64,000 nt of DNA from Amphiscolops sp. MND2022 (Eukaryota): assembly GCA_964187785.1 (NCBI GenBank), contig OZ076409.1, positions 86,428,001 through 86,492,000 on the forward strand. The letters are read 5' to 3'. Each line of letters opens with the position of its first letter. Position 1 is the first letter of the stretch. A model generated the notes under the pieces. The model ran no database searches. It was not told where the DNA came from and saw nothing but the letters and a program-made list of their open reading frames with translations. Of this stretch, positions 25,177 through 36,890 are shown piece by piece. Position numbers and translations under genes: made by a program.

Positions 25177-26090
25177 CTTACCCTGCGCTGAGGCTTGACA
25201 ATTTTTACGCAGCCCTGATCCGTTGCTTAGTACTGTGGACCGTTACTAAACAATTCGTGGTTTTCGTGTGTTTTTAAAGGACTGTATCACTTGGATGGTG
25301 GGTCCGATCTGACCCGTGGAATCTCCTGCGATCCCGTTTTGCACTTGTTGGGATCCGATGTGATCCGTAACACACTTGCTTCACTGTATCTTCACGCGCT
25401 CCGGCACTCCAACTATGAGAGTAGCTACTTAGTCGCTCTAACTCTAGCGAAAAGATGTGAATATTGAGAAGTTGATTAATTAGTCTCTTGGTCCTCAGAC
25501 CCATCTTGACTATAGCTATTCAGTCGTGAAATTCTCTATCTAATAATGGAATAAATGTTGTTTACATTTCTACAGTAAAAATAAGCAAATATCAGTTGAA
25601 ATATGTTGTATAAATAAATGACATTTAAGTGAATTATTGAAATTATTGGCTATGTAAACAAACAATAGTTAGGGTCTTGAATGTAGATTAGGTGGGCTCG
25701 AAAGCATGTGTACAATAAGTAAGTATCATTACTTTCAACAGAGTTATATTCTAAAGTGGTCATAGGGGTAAATAGCAATGTTTACATTTCGGCTCAAATG
25801 ATGTTGAATACTACACATGTGTGGGGTAAAACGGGGTTATAGTGGGTGAATGAACTTAACGTTTACCCGGTGTGTTTGTGTTAGGTACTTGCATACATGT
25901 GCCAAGTTTCATGGCTCTATGACTAGTAGTTGTCGAGAAAACTCCGATTGGGGGGAGGGGGTTCGCCGATTTGGTCCCCCTTGATGCCTCATCAAAATTT
26001 TATCTAGGTTTTTAAAGAGTTTAAGTTCTTGTTTCTCAACCAGGATGTTTCAAATCGAATTTCTCTGCCTGCTGATGACTGGCACCAACA
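25177..26090 (-). repeat. BEL 5' LTR, missing its last 17 bp or so and the PBS
   Basis: Colinear with 16613-17048 plus 18908-19375. Homology stops at CTTACCCTGCG (25177) and continues straight into gag-like sequence. Confidence 0.85.
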
Positions 26091-28930
26091 ATTCTTTTTC
26101 AATTGCCCGCTGCCACTCCGCTTTTTCAGGAGAAGACATTGCCTCATTGAAGGTCAGGTTATCTTCAATGTCTTCAGACAGAAGAAATTCTGCAACATCA
26201 TCAGGGTTAACGTAGTTTTGGAATCGCAGAGGTGGTTTATGCGGACAGCCACTGCGCGAGCAAGGAAAAGTGTGATATTCAGAAGAGTCAGTTTGTGGGG
26301 CAGTGTTTTGTACAATGTTTTGCTCTGCATTTTTGACAGTCATTTTGGTGTCGTTTTGATTGGATTTTTCAAAACCCTTTTGGCTAGAAGGCACTGAGTA
26401 AGGTTCTGACATATCGAAATTTTTTCGGCTGAAAGGTTGGAAGGAAGGAATGAAGTTTTCGTTAGTTCCGCACTCAGTGAAAGACACGATTTTGTCACCC
26501 AAACTTTCATTGCAGCTTTCGATTGGAAAACGTTCGCTTGAAGAACCCTCTTATGAAGAGGATTTTGCAAAGAAGCGTGTTCATTGAAAGACACAATCCG
26601 GGAGGCTGAGGTGTTGCCTGTTTTGGGATCAAAGAGAATATAGGCATTTTACTTGGCGCGTAACCAACAAAATGTCCTTCAGTGGCTTTTGGTGAGAGTT
26701 TATCTTGATGCGTTTCAATAAATTTGTAGGCGACGCGCCCAAAAACTCGAAAATTAGAAAGATCCGGTTTTTCGCCAAAGAACATATCAAAAGGCGTTTT
26801 CCCTTTCAGCAAGCTTGATATCAAACAGCGATTGGTAATATAAAAAGCAGTATCCAAGGCCCTTACCCAAAATTCGTTTTCATAGTTTGCTTTTTTGAGC
26901 AGGCACGGCGCCATCTCGACTGTAGTGCGCCAACGACGTTCACAAACACCATTTTGATGAAGCGAATATGGAGCAGTGAACTCTCTTTTTATCCCTTTTT
27001 GGATGCAAAAATCAGCAAATGTTTTACCAGAGTACTCTGTACCGTTGCCTGTAGGGAGTACCTTTGATGTCCCCACTTGAGCGCAAAGAACTTTAAACTT
27101 TTGGAAACATTCGCTTTTGGACTTAATAAAAAAATCGCCCCAAAACGACAAAAAACTGTTAACAAAAGAAATAGCAAAACGTTGACCGCCCATGGAAATT
27201 GTGGGCATTGGCCCCAAAACATCAGAGAAAACTAGTTTTACAGATTTTCGAGGCTGCGGGTTGTTGGAAACAGGAGCTTTGTGGGACTTCGAAATTTAAC
27301 AAACTTTACACTCACATGTTTTTTCATAACTAGGACCCAGGAAATTCATCCCCAAAACACACGATGAAAGTCGCTCAATATCACCCATGTTGTTGTGACC
27401 AAGACGTTGATGCCACAAAAGACTGTTCGTATTCTCCCCCGAAGTACCACAAAACTCAGGGAATTTAGCGTTCAAAAGATAGAGGTTTTCGTTTTTGATA
27501 ATTGGAAAGGTTGTTCCATTGGGAGCTACCATTTTTGACTCTTTACCAAATTCAACTTTCACCCCTTTTGGCTAAGTTTGCTCACGCTGATCAAGTTCTG
27601 AGCATGATCAGAAAGAAAAAGACAATTGGAAAACGTTTTGAAATGTTCCTTTTCCCCAGCGTCCAAAAGGCATACACGAACATTGCCAATCCCCTCGACT
27701 TTGGAAAAACTATCATTTGCATTTTTGACACAGCGTTCAACTTTGTCAGAAAAGTCGGTAAAAAGAGACCGATCACTGAACATATGTGGCGAAGCGCCTG
27801 AATCTACAACAAAGTTCCATTCCAAGCAGGAAAACGAAAACTCTTCAGAAAAATTAGAAAACCCCACGGTTGAGGTGTTTACTTTTTGCTTTAAATGAGG
27901 AAACCTTTTGAAACAACGGTTTCCATCGTGATCAAAAAGTATGCAAAAACTGCACTGGGTAACTTTGCAGTCGGCTTGTTTATGTTCCGTCTTGCTACAC
28001 CGCCTACATTTTCCCAAAAATTTTTCGCTCGGAAATATTTTACCAAGTGTTTTGTATTTGACACTTTTGGAAAACAATGCTACATTTTCAGATGTACTGA
28101 ATGTCGATGCCCCAGAACAGTTTCTTGAGTTTTCGAAATGTTTAACGCCTTTTTTACTTCTGCGAGCGTCGCTTTTTCCTTCGAAAAGTCATGGACGGTT
28201 TTAAAATAGTCGTACTCTTTAGTACGATTGACGTAAGTATAATTTCTCTAACTTTTCCCCTTGCTAACTCTAACTGCTTACTCACATGCTCTGCTCGCGT
28301 CAGGTAGCACTGCGCGAGTGGTGAACTTCTCCAACAAGTTCATTAGGCGGGGCTCTCCGTGCTGTTGAAGTGGTTGCGCAGCATCTCTCAGGCCTTCTGG
28401 CCGTCTCCTTTGCAGTCTTTGGTCAGCATCAGCACGCTTCGGCGATCCAGACATTGGACGAGGTAGGCCCAGTGTTCGTACTTCTCCTCGTTTATCCCAG
28501 CCTCGCCTCCAGTCAGCTCTTTGAGCAGCTTGGCCCTCTTCGTGAAGCAAAAACGCTCGAAACGTTCTTGCCAGACTGGGAAGTCGTCGTCGTTACCAGA
28601 GAACTGCAGATGTGACAGCGATTTGTCCATCCCTCACAACTCGCAAAGAAAGCGCGAAGTAACTAAACAAAAATGTAGAACGACCGAAAGATTGAAAATT
28701 TTGAGCTGTTAGGAGGGCGAGTAAACAAATTTTTTCTCGGGCGCGATTGTAGAAATGGCGAAGACGAAAAATGCGATCATTCAAACAACGAAGTAATTGG
28801 TATAGACAAAAATTGGCAAAAAATTAGTTTGTTTTTGCAAACTCACCGAGTACTGGGCCCAGAACCTATTGTGGGCATCTCTGAAGTAGTCGTGAAGACA
28901 TCGTGAGTTCACGAGTTTATTGGCGTTATG
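26091..28930 (-). mobile_element. Ty1/Copia element, 5' half (gag, zinc knuckle, protease, integrase)
   Basis: FSGNDDDFPVWQERF, CRRCSKTEHKQADC, VVDSGASPHM, LWHQRLGH, CECKVC, PYSLHQNGVCER, FWVRALDTA. It joins the 3' half as EKE-CSPLL-KNKTW once the BEL insert is removed. Confidence 0.95.
28853..28866 (-). promoter_or_regulatory. Copia half-tRNA(iMet)-type PBS
   Basis: GGTTCTGGGCCCAG directly after an LTR-like end (...CCCACA ATA). It differs by one base from the Drosophila copia PBS GGTTATGGGCCCAG. Confidence 0.8.
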
Positions 28931-30145
28931 ATAGATTTAAACGAAACTATTCTATAGTTAAAAAACCATAGTCAAATTTTTGAAAAAATCTGGCAAAACT
29001 GAATATTCTAACCCATCTTCATGGAGACCTATTTCACTTACTTCCCATTGAGGAAAAGTAGTTGAACGAGTGATAGATAGAAGACTAAGATCATCAGATA
29101 TTCTCGACATTGATGAACAACAATTTGGTTTTCAGCCAGGCAAGTCAAGTTTGCACTACTTATACAAATTATATCATGATATCTTAGCAATGAACAACTT
29201 ACCAATAGCAACAGTATATGATCTAGAGAAAACTTTTGATTCCATAAATCAAACTTTTTTGCTAAGCAAACTAATGAACAGTGGTTTAAATGGTCCAATG
29301 TTAGCTACTATAAAATCTTTTTATCAAATCGGAAAGTCAGTATTCAAGTCAATGATTATATCGACATGTCATTTGTCATCTTAATGATTTACCTCAGGAG
29401 GCTGTACTGTCGCCATTTTTCTTTATATTCTATATGAAGGGCTTCCATGATGCGGACTTAACATATAAGTATGCAGATGAGAGTACTTCTCTTTCAAGCA
29501 AAGAATACCTAAGCACATCTTTAGAAAAGGGGAAAAACTGGAGGTAAAACTGAAGATATGAATTTCTCGAAAGAAATGTTTCAGTCCGACTATAAATTTG
29601 TTGAGAGAAGTAAAATACTTGGCCTATGGTTTGAATGAGATTTGAGTTTCAAAACACATGCTGCCATTATCTCTGCCTCAATGGTTAATTTCTGTAAAGA
29701 AACTAGTATATTTATAACGCAAGAATTAAATCCATTTTACGCTGTACGTATCTTTGATTCATATGTGAAACCACGTGTTACGTACCGTATGATTATCTGG
29801 TTTCATCAAAATATGACATCTCTGGACAAGATGTGGTGGAGTGTTCATAAATCTGGCTTTGGGGAAAGAAACCACCAAGTATCGAAACACGTAGATAGTA
29901 TTTTGACCCCCTAGTAAAATTTGGCCTCCGTCTCTACTCTACACTAATCAAGTATTATTGTTTCTACATTCAACTGCTAGAAGTGCAGATATTCTGAACC
30001 CAGGTAATTTAGCAATCATACCCCAACATATTCCTATGGTGACATTATTTTTGGTACACAAACTTTCAATTGTAAATCGTGATCCTGATGAAATTAAGGC
30101 AATAGACATAAAATATGCCAGAAAATCCTCAATCAGTACTTTTAA

Positions 30146-30572
30146 GGGGTAACCTGAAACAGGTTGAAAACGATCGACAAAACTGCGGTCGAAGGAATCT
30201 TCGAAGTAAACTTGTCAACGAGAATGAGATCGAATCAATGTTTTCAAACCCCTAGCGTTTTCAAATAATATTTTTGGCCGTCGGATATGCCCCCATTTCC
30301 TCTAGTGCCAGCGGCCCCTAGGGGCCGCCTATGTTCCCATCTTGCTCTGCGAGGTCGAACAGGAGCAAAGACCTAGCGGGAACGGAGATCGCGAAGCAAT
30401 CGTAGTTGGAGCTGGTCTTTGCGACGGTGAGGGCGAGCATGCATACACCGTATTTGACCCCATATTTAGTGGACAAAAGTACCTAAATTGTTTTGAACGC
30501 TTCTAAACGCTTCGAAAGATTTTTCGACTTTTTTCGATCAGTATTTTGTCGACCTGTTTCGTGGCATCCCTT
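30146..30572. mobile_element. MITE flanked by TTAA (Kolobok/piggyBac-like), carrying cassette B
   Basis: Imperfect TIR around GAAACAGGT(T/C)GA; TTAA on both sides (30142-30145 and 30573-30576). Confidence 0.55.
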
Positions 30573-31094
30573 TTAAGAAGGAGGTGGATGAGTATTGCAG
30601 GCACTTATGGCAACGAGAAATAAAGCAAGGTCTTATGTACTCAAATTACTCAGGGCTTAAAGTAAGAAACAGCATCTTGAAAATGCTAGCATCATATCCT
30701 AGGCAAATTTTTGTCAAAACGCTACGTTTCCTCTTGAATGATTTTGAAGTACGCGAAGTATTATTCAGAATTAATACGAACGAAACCGGTATTTGTCCCT
30801 ACTGTAGAGTTATCGATGATACTGCACATTTCTTATTTTCCTGCGTCTCATACCAAGAACACCGAGGGTGTTTCATTAAGGAGCTTAAAAATCAAAAACT
30901 GGCGAAACGCTGGTTTGCGAAAACAAGCATGTTATAAGCGCGTTGGCTGGATTTATTGCAAACATCGATTAATTTTTATAACCCTGCAATCTTCACTTGC
31001 GTTCCTTCTGTGTCAATTCTATTTATTATTTTCTTTGTTTTGGAATCAATGATAGAAAATCATTTCTACTGTCACATCCCGAAGATTAACTGAT

Positions 31095-31126
31095 TTCTTC
31101 TTCTTCTTCTTCTTCTTCTTCTTCTT
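31095..31126 (+). repeat. (TTC)10 microsatellite, probable LINE tail
   Basis: Read directly from the sequence. Confidence 0.9.
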
Positions 31127-31220
31127 GGTTACATAGTAACAGGTACTTAGTAAATTTAGCAGGTACATAATCAGTTCATCTGAACTTTGAGTTTATGATG
31201 ACGTAATGGTCTTCAGCGAC

Positions 31221-32203
31221 GGGGAATTCTCACACAGCAGAAGTCTCGTACAGGTAAATGGTCACTTGGCTTAATGCCATTTGGCTTAAAGTCATTTGGC
31301 TTAATGCAATTGGTCACATGGATTAATTTTTTTAAGCTAAGTGTCTCTGGTATTGGTCACTTGGCTTAAAGTCATTTGACTTAAAACCACTTAGTTGAAA
31401 ACACGTGGCATATTTTGTCGAATTTATCATTTTAACGTAGTCAGCGTATTATTATAACATGTCATATCAAGTACCCCTCGGGTATTTCCCCATTTCCTCT
31501 AGTGCCCTGCGGCCCCTTGGGGCCGCTCGAATTCCCATCTTGCTAAGCGAGGTCGAACAGGAGCAAAGACCTAGCGGGAACTGAGATCGCGAAGCGATCG
31601 TACTGGGAGCTGGTCTTTGCGACGGTGACATCGAGCGTGCATACACCGCATATGCCCCACATTATAATATTTCCGGGAGTTGACTTATTCATTCCGGGAG
31701 TTGGAATGAAGTTGGCTTTAATTTTGTGGTCACTTGGCTTAAAATTTTTAGGCCAAATGATTCGACGAAAAAATTAAGCCAAATGACTTTAAGCCAAGTG
31801 ACTTGTGACCCTCATACAGCAGAAAATGAAAATTCGGTCCCATACAGCCGAATATTTGTTAGTGCTTCAATCGGATTGCCTGAAGTTTCCAATCGAATTG
31901 AATTCTTTAAGTTGAAAACGCGTGTCAAATTTTGCCCGAATTATTACTATTACGTAGGCAGGTACGCTCACATACTTCTAGTGCCCTAAATGCAGGAGTG
32001 AAGCGGAGCGACGTGTCATTTGGCAATGCCTCAATGTTGTTACTTGGCGAAGGGAGCGAAGCGACCGAGCCATTCAACAAATATGCTAACCTTTCAAAGA
32101 AATCAAATTCCATACATACAAGCTGTAACAGCACTGAATGCTAGTAATTTGAATTCTGCTGTATGGGACCAAATTTTCATTTTCTGCTGTATGAATAGGC
32201 CCC
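31221..32203. mobile_element. GGGG-ended MITE with 8-bp TSD, carrying cassette A and a nested MITE
   Basis: TSD TCAGCGAC at 31213-31220 and 32204-32211. A 36-bp inverted repeat CATACAGCAGAAAATGAAAATT(C/T)GGTCCCATACAGC lies at about 31813 and about 32158-32193. Confidence 0.8.
31253..31810. mobile_element. Foldback-like MITE with modular TIRs, carrying cassette B
   Basis: TIRs built from GTCA(C/T)TTGGCTTAA subrepeats; imperfect 8-9-bp TSD CTCGTACA(G)/CTCATACA(G). Confidence 0.75.
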
Positions 32204-32983
32204 TCAGCGACCTCTAAAAGATAACCGCGGCTATCCCAGAAAACCAATTTAGTCTGAAACTCTTTAAGGATTTAGCGAAAATTTTATATTTTTGTCTGAC
32301 ATGATGAAACGAGGTGACATTTCCAAGGAGTTCTACCAGAAAGTACGACCAGTCGGATCGCAGCCTGCAAGACTTTACGGCCTCGCGAAAGTCCATGAAA
32401 AAGAATCCCATCTTCGTCCTATCCTGTCCATGCCTGGCTCACAATATGAAAAGTTTTCGAAAGAATTGGCTGAGATCATCAAGAAGCTTCCTGAAGCCGG
32501 TATAAGGACGGATAGAAGAATAGTGCTACAAACCATACAGTCTACGAAATTGGAAGATGATGAAATGGTGGTCAGTCTTGACATTGAAGGACTTTTCACC
32601 AACGTACCATTAGATGAAGCCTTTGAACTCACAGTAAATTTGCTATATCAAGACGATGACCATACACTTAGTTTCAGCAGATCAACCTTTCGAACACTTT
32701 TACAGATAGTGGCAAAAGACGTTGTGCTCCTTACTCACCGAGGTACTTTCCAGCAGATAGACGGTGTAGCAATGGGGAGCCCACTTGAGCCATTACTGGC
32801 GAATATTTTTGTCTCCCGGTTTGATGCTGAATTGGGATCCTTCAGCAAACTTTACACTTCCGCTATGTCAATGATGTGATACGGACATTACGGATAGGTG
32901 GGAGACAGTAGCTCCTTGACTTTCTTAACTCGATGAATCCAAACCTAAAGTTCACTATCGGGGAACCCGATGAAACAAATGGG

Positions 32984-33332
32984 GGGTGGCTGTAAATAGG
33001 TCAAATTTTTCTGGTCGAAAGGACAGAGGTCGAACCTTTTGATCGAATTGCAGGGATCGAATGGAATGCCGTCGATTTTTATCGTATTTGTTGTATGGCT
33101 CGGACGCTTCGCTCCCTTCGCCAAGTAGCAACATTGAGGCATGGCCATATAGCACGTCGCTCCGCTTCGCTTCGCTCCAGCGTTCAGGGCAATAGGGGTA
33201 TGTGAACATATCTGAATACGTTATAAAAATTTCGATCCGAGTTGTTTCGATCCTATTCGAAAATTTGGTATGTCGACCTGAGGACTAACTCTGATTTTCG
33301 ATCCGGTTCCTTCGACCTATTTCCGCCCACCA
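32984..33332. mobile_element. 349-bp Mutator-like MITE, copy 1 (carries cassette A)
   Basis: TIR GGGTGG...AAATAGGTC; 9-bp TSD ACAAATGGG. Removing it restores the Penelope frame DETNGLALLDM. Confidence 0.9.
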
Positions 33333-33987
33333 ACAAATGGGCTAGCGTTACTTGATATGAAAATTCGTCGATTTACTGATGGAACGTTATCATCTGAGGG
33401 GTACAGAAAAAATACTGACACTGGTATTCTGCTCAATTTTCACGCCCTTGGGCCGAAGACTTACAAACGAGCGTTGATCTCTGGTTTTATACATAGAATC
33501 TTCAACACCACGAGCTCTTGGTTATCACTCAACAAATCGCTCAAAGAAGCCAAGTTCTACGAAATAACCAGTATCCAAGGTCGTTTGTTGAAAATGTCAC
33601 AAACTACACCCTCAGTAAATTCCTATGTACCACAAATGTCACTGCGAACAACAACAAAGAGAAAAAAAAATAGGGATGTACAGCTAATAATGCCGGTTGA
33701 ATACAGAGGAAACGTGAGTGAAAATTTTATGAGCAAAGTGAAGAAACTGCTCCCTGGCTCATCGTTTTACTAATGCACAGCAAAACTGCGAAGCCAGATA
33801 TGTCAATTGAAAGCGCCTATTCCATATGCTTATAGGAGTAAAGTGGTCTATGAAATAACGTGTCCAGCTTGCTCTGGTGCCTACATTGGACAAACAGTCC
33901 GACACCTTGCCACAAGACTCAAAGAACATGGGATGAAAAGCGCTCCAGTCTTCAAGCATTTTCAGGCATGCAATGAGGAACTAACCC

Positions 33988-35514
33988 TCATTAGGTCTAT
34001 CAGATCTGTCAGATCTATCCCCCCACTTAGATCTATCAGCAGCGTTCGACACCGTGGATCATGAAATACTTCTGTCAATTTTATTTCAAATTGGGATTAT
34101 TGGTCAGGCGCATTCCTTGATAAAATCCTACCTGAATGGTCGAACACAATGTGTCCTTATTGATGGAAGCTACTCTGAGGATAAATCTATTGAAACAGGT
34201 GTTCCTCAAGGATCGATCTTAGGGACAGTGCTCTTCATTCTATACTTACTCCCTTTGAGGTCTTTACTTGATGAATTTCTTGCTAGTTATCATATCTATG
34301 CTAATGACATAACGATTTACTTGGAATTTGATCTGGGGACAACCTTTGCCAATTTCCTGAAACATTAGAAGATAATTGCCAGTGATTTGAAACTATTAGC
34401 CGCCTTGAAAATAAAAGTAAGCAGTTCGAAAACTCAATGTATGTTCGTTACGAATCAAAGAACTCGCCTTCCCGAGACAATCACTATTGATGGGATCAGA
34501 ATTGAGATCAATGATAGTGTCAAAGTTTTGAGAGTTACTTTGGATAACAAGTTACGTTTCTCTTCTTTCGTCAACAGCACATGTGCGAAGTCCTACTATC
34601 ACCTCAGAAGGATAACATCAATTCGAAAATATTTGTCTTTCGACCTCACAAAGTTATTGATTCTCACTTTCGTTATCAGATTATTGTAACTCACTGTTAT
34701 ATGGTGCTCCGGACTACATGATTAAAAAATTGCAAAGAGTTCAGAATAGAGCAGCATGCCTCCTTTTTCACCAGAGAAATTCCAATGTTAACCTACTTTT
34801 GAATGAACTTCATTGGCTTCCTGTTGAAAAAAGAATTAAGTACAAAATCTTATGCTTCGTATACCGTCTTTATAATGACTTGCTTGTGCCTATTTACTTG
34901 TCGGTACCGTTTTTCAGGTATCAGCAACTTGATCAGTACGATCTGAGAAGTTCCAGAGAACGAAAATGGACTGTCAGAATTACCAACAATACCTATGGAA
35001 AACGATGCTTCTGGGTATCAGGCGCTGAATTGTGGAACTCACTACCATGTGATCTTGTATTGAGCCCTTCATATGACACTTTCCAAGCACGACTAAAGAC
35101 ATACGGGTGGCTGTAAATAGGTCGAATTTTTCTGGTCGAAAGGACAGAGATCGAACCTTTTGATCGAATTGCAGGGATTGAATGGAATGCCGTCGAATTT
35201 TATCGTATTTGTTGTATGGCTCGGACGCTTCGCTCCCTTCGCCAAGTAGCAACATTGAGGCATGGCCATATAGCACGTCGTTCCGCTTCGCTTCGCTCCT
35301 GCATTCAGGGCACTAGGGGTATGTGAACATATCTGAATACGTTATAAAAATTTCGATCCGAGTTGTTTCGATCCTATTCGAAAATTTGGTATGTCGACCT
35401 GAGGACTAACTCTGATTTTCGATCCCGTTGCTTCGACCTATTTCCGCCCACCCAAGACATACCTATTCTGAACGCTTTGAGTGTTAAAAAAGCGTCATTT
35501 ACATTTTGAACTTC
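33988..35514 (+). mobile_element. 5'-truncated L2-like LINE
   Basis: LDLSAAFDTVDH, GVPQGSILGTVLF, LQRVQNRAA, LHWLPVEKRIKYK, ELWNSLP; possible AACCC TSD. Confidence 0.9.
35105..35453. mobile_element. 349-bp Mutator-like MITE, copy 2 (carries cassette A)
   Basis: Near-identical to 32984-33332; 9-bp TSD AAGACATAC at 35096-35104 and 35454-35462. Confidence 0.9.
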
Positions 35515-35688
35515 AACCCCTGATCACGCCCGATTTCTTGACGCAGTGTCTGACAGCAAAACTCTTTTGGCACTCGAAGCTGTCTATTTCAAAAGACAGA
35601 ACCCCTCTTAACACCAAAGAGGAATTCAAGGCTCGCAGCCTGCATTTTGCCTTTTAGCGCACGAGCCGCCCACCCCTATCACCACAAA

Positions 35689-36040
35689 GATGGACCTGGC
35701 CAAGCAGACAACACTTGCTAATTTGATGCTTCGGTTGCGACTAACTGTAAACGACACCGATTACTTAGCTTGACTGATATCGGAAAATGCTTCCCCATAA
35801 GCAGTGCATCCGTCCAAAAGGAACGGCCAAAAGGAAAGGTACCGCCCAAAAGGAACGGCCAAAAGGAAAGGTACCGTCCAAAAGGAACGGCCAAGAGGAA
35901 AGGTTTAATAGTGCCGTTCAGAATGTAATCCTGCCCTTTGGGACAATGATTTGGTATAAATAGAGTTGATTTCTTATCATTTATTCGTTATTAATTTAAC
36001 CTTCATTCAAATCAGTCGTCTTTTGTTATTCGACCCCACA
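35689..36040 (+). repeat. Gypsy 5' LTR (truncated; last 352 bp retained)
   Basis: Matches 41302-41646, ends CCCACA and contains a TATAAATAG box. Confidence 0.85.
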
Positions 36041-36043
36041 AAT

Positions 36044-36060
36044 TGGTGACCTCGACGTGA
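36044..36060 (+). promoter_or_regulatory. PBS complementary to tRNA-Trp
   Basis: TGGTGACCTCGACGTGA matches the complement of the eukaryotic tRNA-Trp 3' end TCACGTCGGGGTCA-CCA at 16 of 17 positions. Confidence 0.85.
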
Positions 36061-36890
36061 CGGAAGATCCGACACAATTGGAAGACTCTACCATTGCTTA
36101 TAATCACACATCTAACGGAGGTAGCGGTGATCGCACAAACAATGCTCAAGTGGGGAGAATAACAATCAAACCTCCAACTTCTTATAGAAGCAACCCGCAA
36201 GTCTGGTTCAGACAACTCGAGTCCCAATTTGCACTAGCAAATATCACCAGTTCCCAAACAAAGTTTCACCACGTCATGGGCGCATTACCAGAGGACGTCG
36301 CAATCAACATCCCACTGGACGTTACTTCTTACGAATCTCTAAAGGAGCAGATAATTGGAATCTATCAAAAAAGTCGACAGGAGTTATTGGAGGAGGCCTT
36401 AGGTTCAATTTCCCTTGACGGCCAAAAACCGTCAGTCTGTTTCCTACGCATAAAACGCAAATTAGAAGATTGCCATTTAACCGTCGATGACCAATTTTTA
36501 CGCCACAAATTCCTCCAAGCGTTACCCCCAACGACACTTGTTGCCCTGTCCGCACATCATAATTTGGCCTTGGACGATTTCGCTAAACTTGCGGATACGA
36601 TATACCAGTATTCAACGTTCGATTATCACGTAGCAGCAGTAAGACCCGATACTAAGCCCGAACATGATTCTGTTTCCCCGAACAGAAACTTTCAACACAA
36701 TCCTAGACAGCAAAAGGGAGGGATGTTTCCCTTCAGTGCGGGGCAAAAACCAAAAACTTGCCAATTTCACGTCTTCTACGCAAATAATGCCAAGCGGTGT
36801 AAACCCTGGTGTAAGTGTCCTGGTCAAAAACCACAGTTGATTGATGCTTCATCACGACCAGCAACCCCAAACAACCCAGCGTCAAACTAA
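36057..36890 (+). CDS. gag: Gypsy Gag
   Basis: [50 protein letters not shown] and terminal [18 protein letters not shown]. No ATG precedes the conserved domain; the listed GTG overlaps the PBS. Confidence 0.9.
   Translation: MTEDPTQLEDSTIAYNHTSNGGSGDRTNNAQVGRITIKPPTSYRSNPQVWFRQLESQFALANITSSQTKFHHVMGALPEDVAINIPLDVTSYESLKEQIIGIYQKSRQELLEEALGSISLDGQKPSVCFLRIKRKLEDCHLTVDDQFLRHKFLQALPPTTLVALSAHHNLALDDFAKLADTIYQYSTFDYHVAAVRPDTKPEHDSVSPNRNFQHNPRQQKGGMFPFSAGQKPKTCQFHVFYANNAKRCKPWCKCPGQKPQLIDASSRPATPNNPASN

Larger units (their letters stand above)
16596..26090 (-). mobile_element. BEL/Pao LTR retrotransposon, near full length and degenerate, inserted in Copia pol
   Basis: TGTTGG...TTACA termini; 5-bp TSD ATTCT at 16591-16595 and 26091-26095. 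Internal gag (CKFEK..CFKCLSDAH), protease (ALFDSG), RT (LNDNLMAGPDL, ADVEAMF), RNase H (LHVFADAS) and integrase (TGVDYFGPF, FLLGR). Confidence 0.95.
28930..31126 (+). mobile_element. 3' half of a LINE (RT, C-terminal CCHC, (TTC)n tail), degenerate
   Basis: KSGKTEYSNPSSWRPISLTS, QFGFQPGKS, YDLEKTFDSI, YAD, KYLG and C-terminal CPYCRVIDDTAHFLFSC; ends in (TTC)10. Confidence 0.85.
32212..35657 (+). mobile_element. Penelope-like retroelement (RT plus GIY-YIG), interrupted by two MITEs and an L2 LINE
   Basis: RLYGLAKVHEK..LRPILS, SLDIEGLFTNVPL, GVAMGSPL, YRKNTDTG; GIY-YIG VVYEITCPACSGAYIGQT..RLKEH. The C-terminus LLALEAVYFKRQNPS-NTKEEFKAR resumes at about 35516. Confidence 0.9.

Noticed and set aside
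31481-31530. Cassette B or A as a canonical Helitron 3' end (hairpin plus CTAG)
   Set aside because: Shared sequence continues about 20 bp beyond CTAG and no A|T insertion site is seen; kept only as a hypothesis in the findings.
32212-35688. Hammerhead ribozyme expected near the Penelope element
   Set aside because: No CTGATGA...GAAA core with supporting stems was found by eye; the pseudo-LTR region appears to be missing.
35810-35905. 32-bp repeats as a CRISPR array
   Set aside because: The units are contiguous with no unique spacers, lie inside an LTR, and no cas genes are present.
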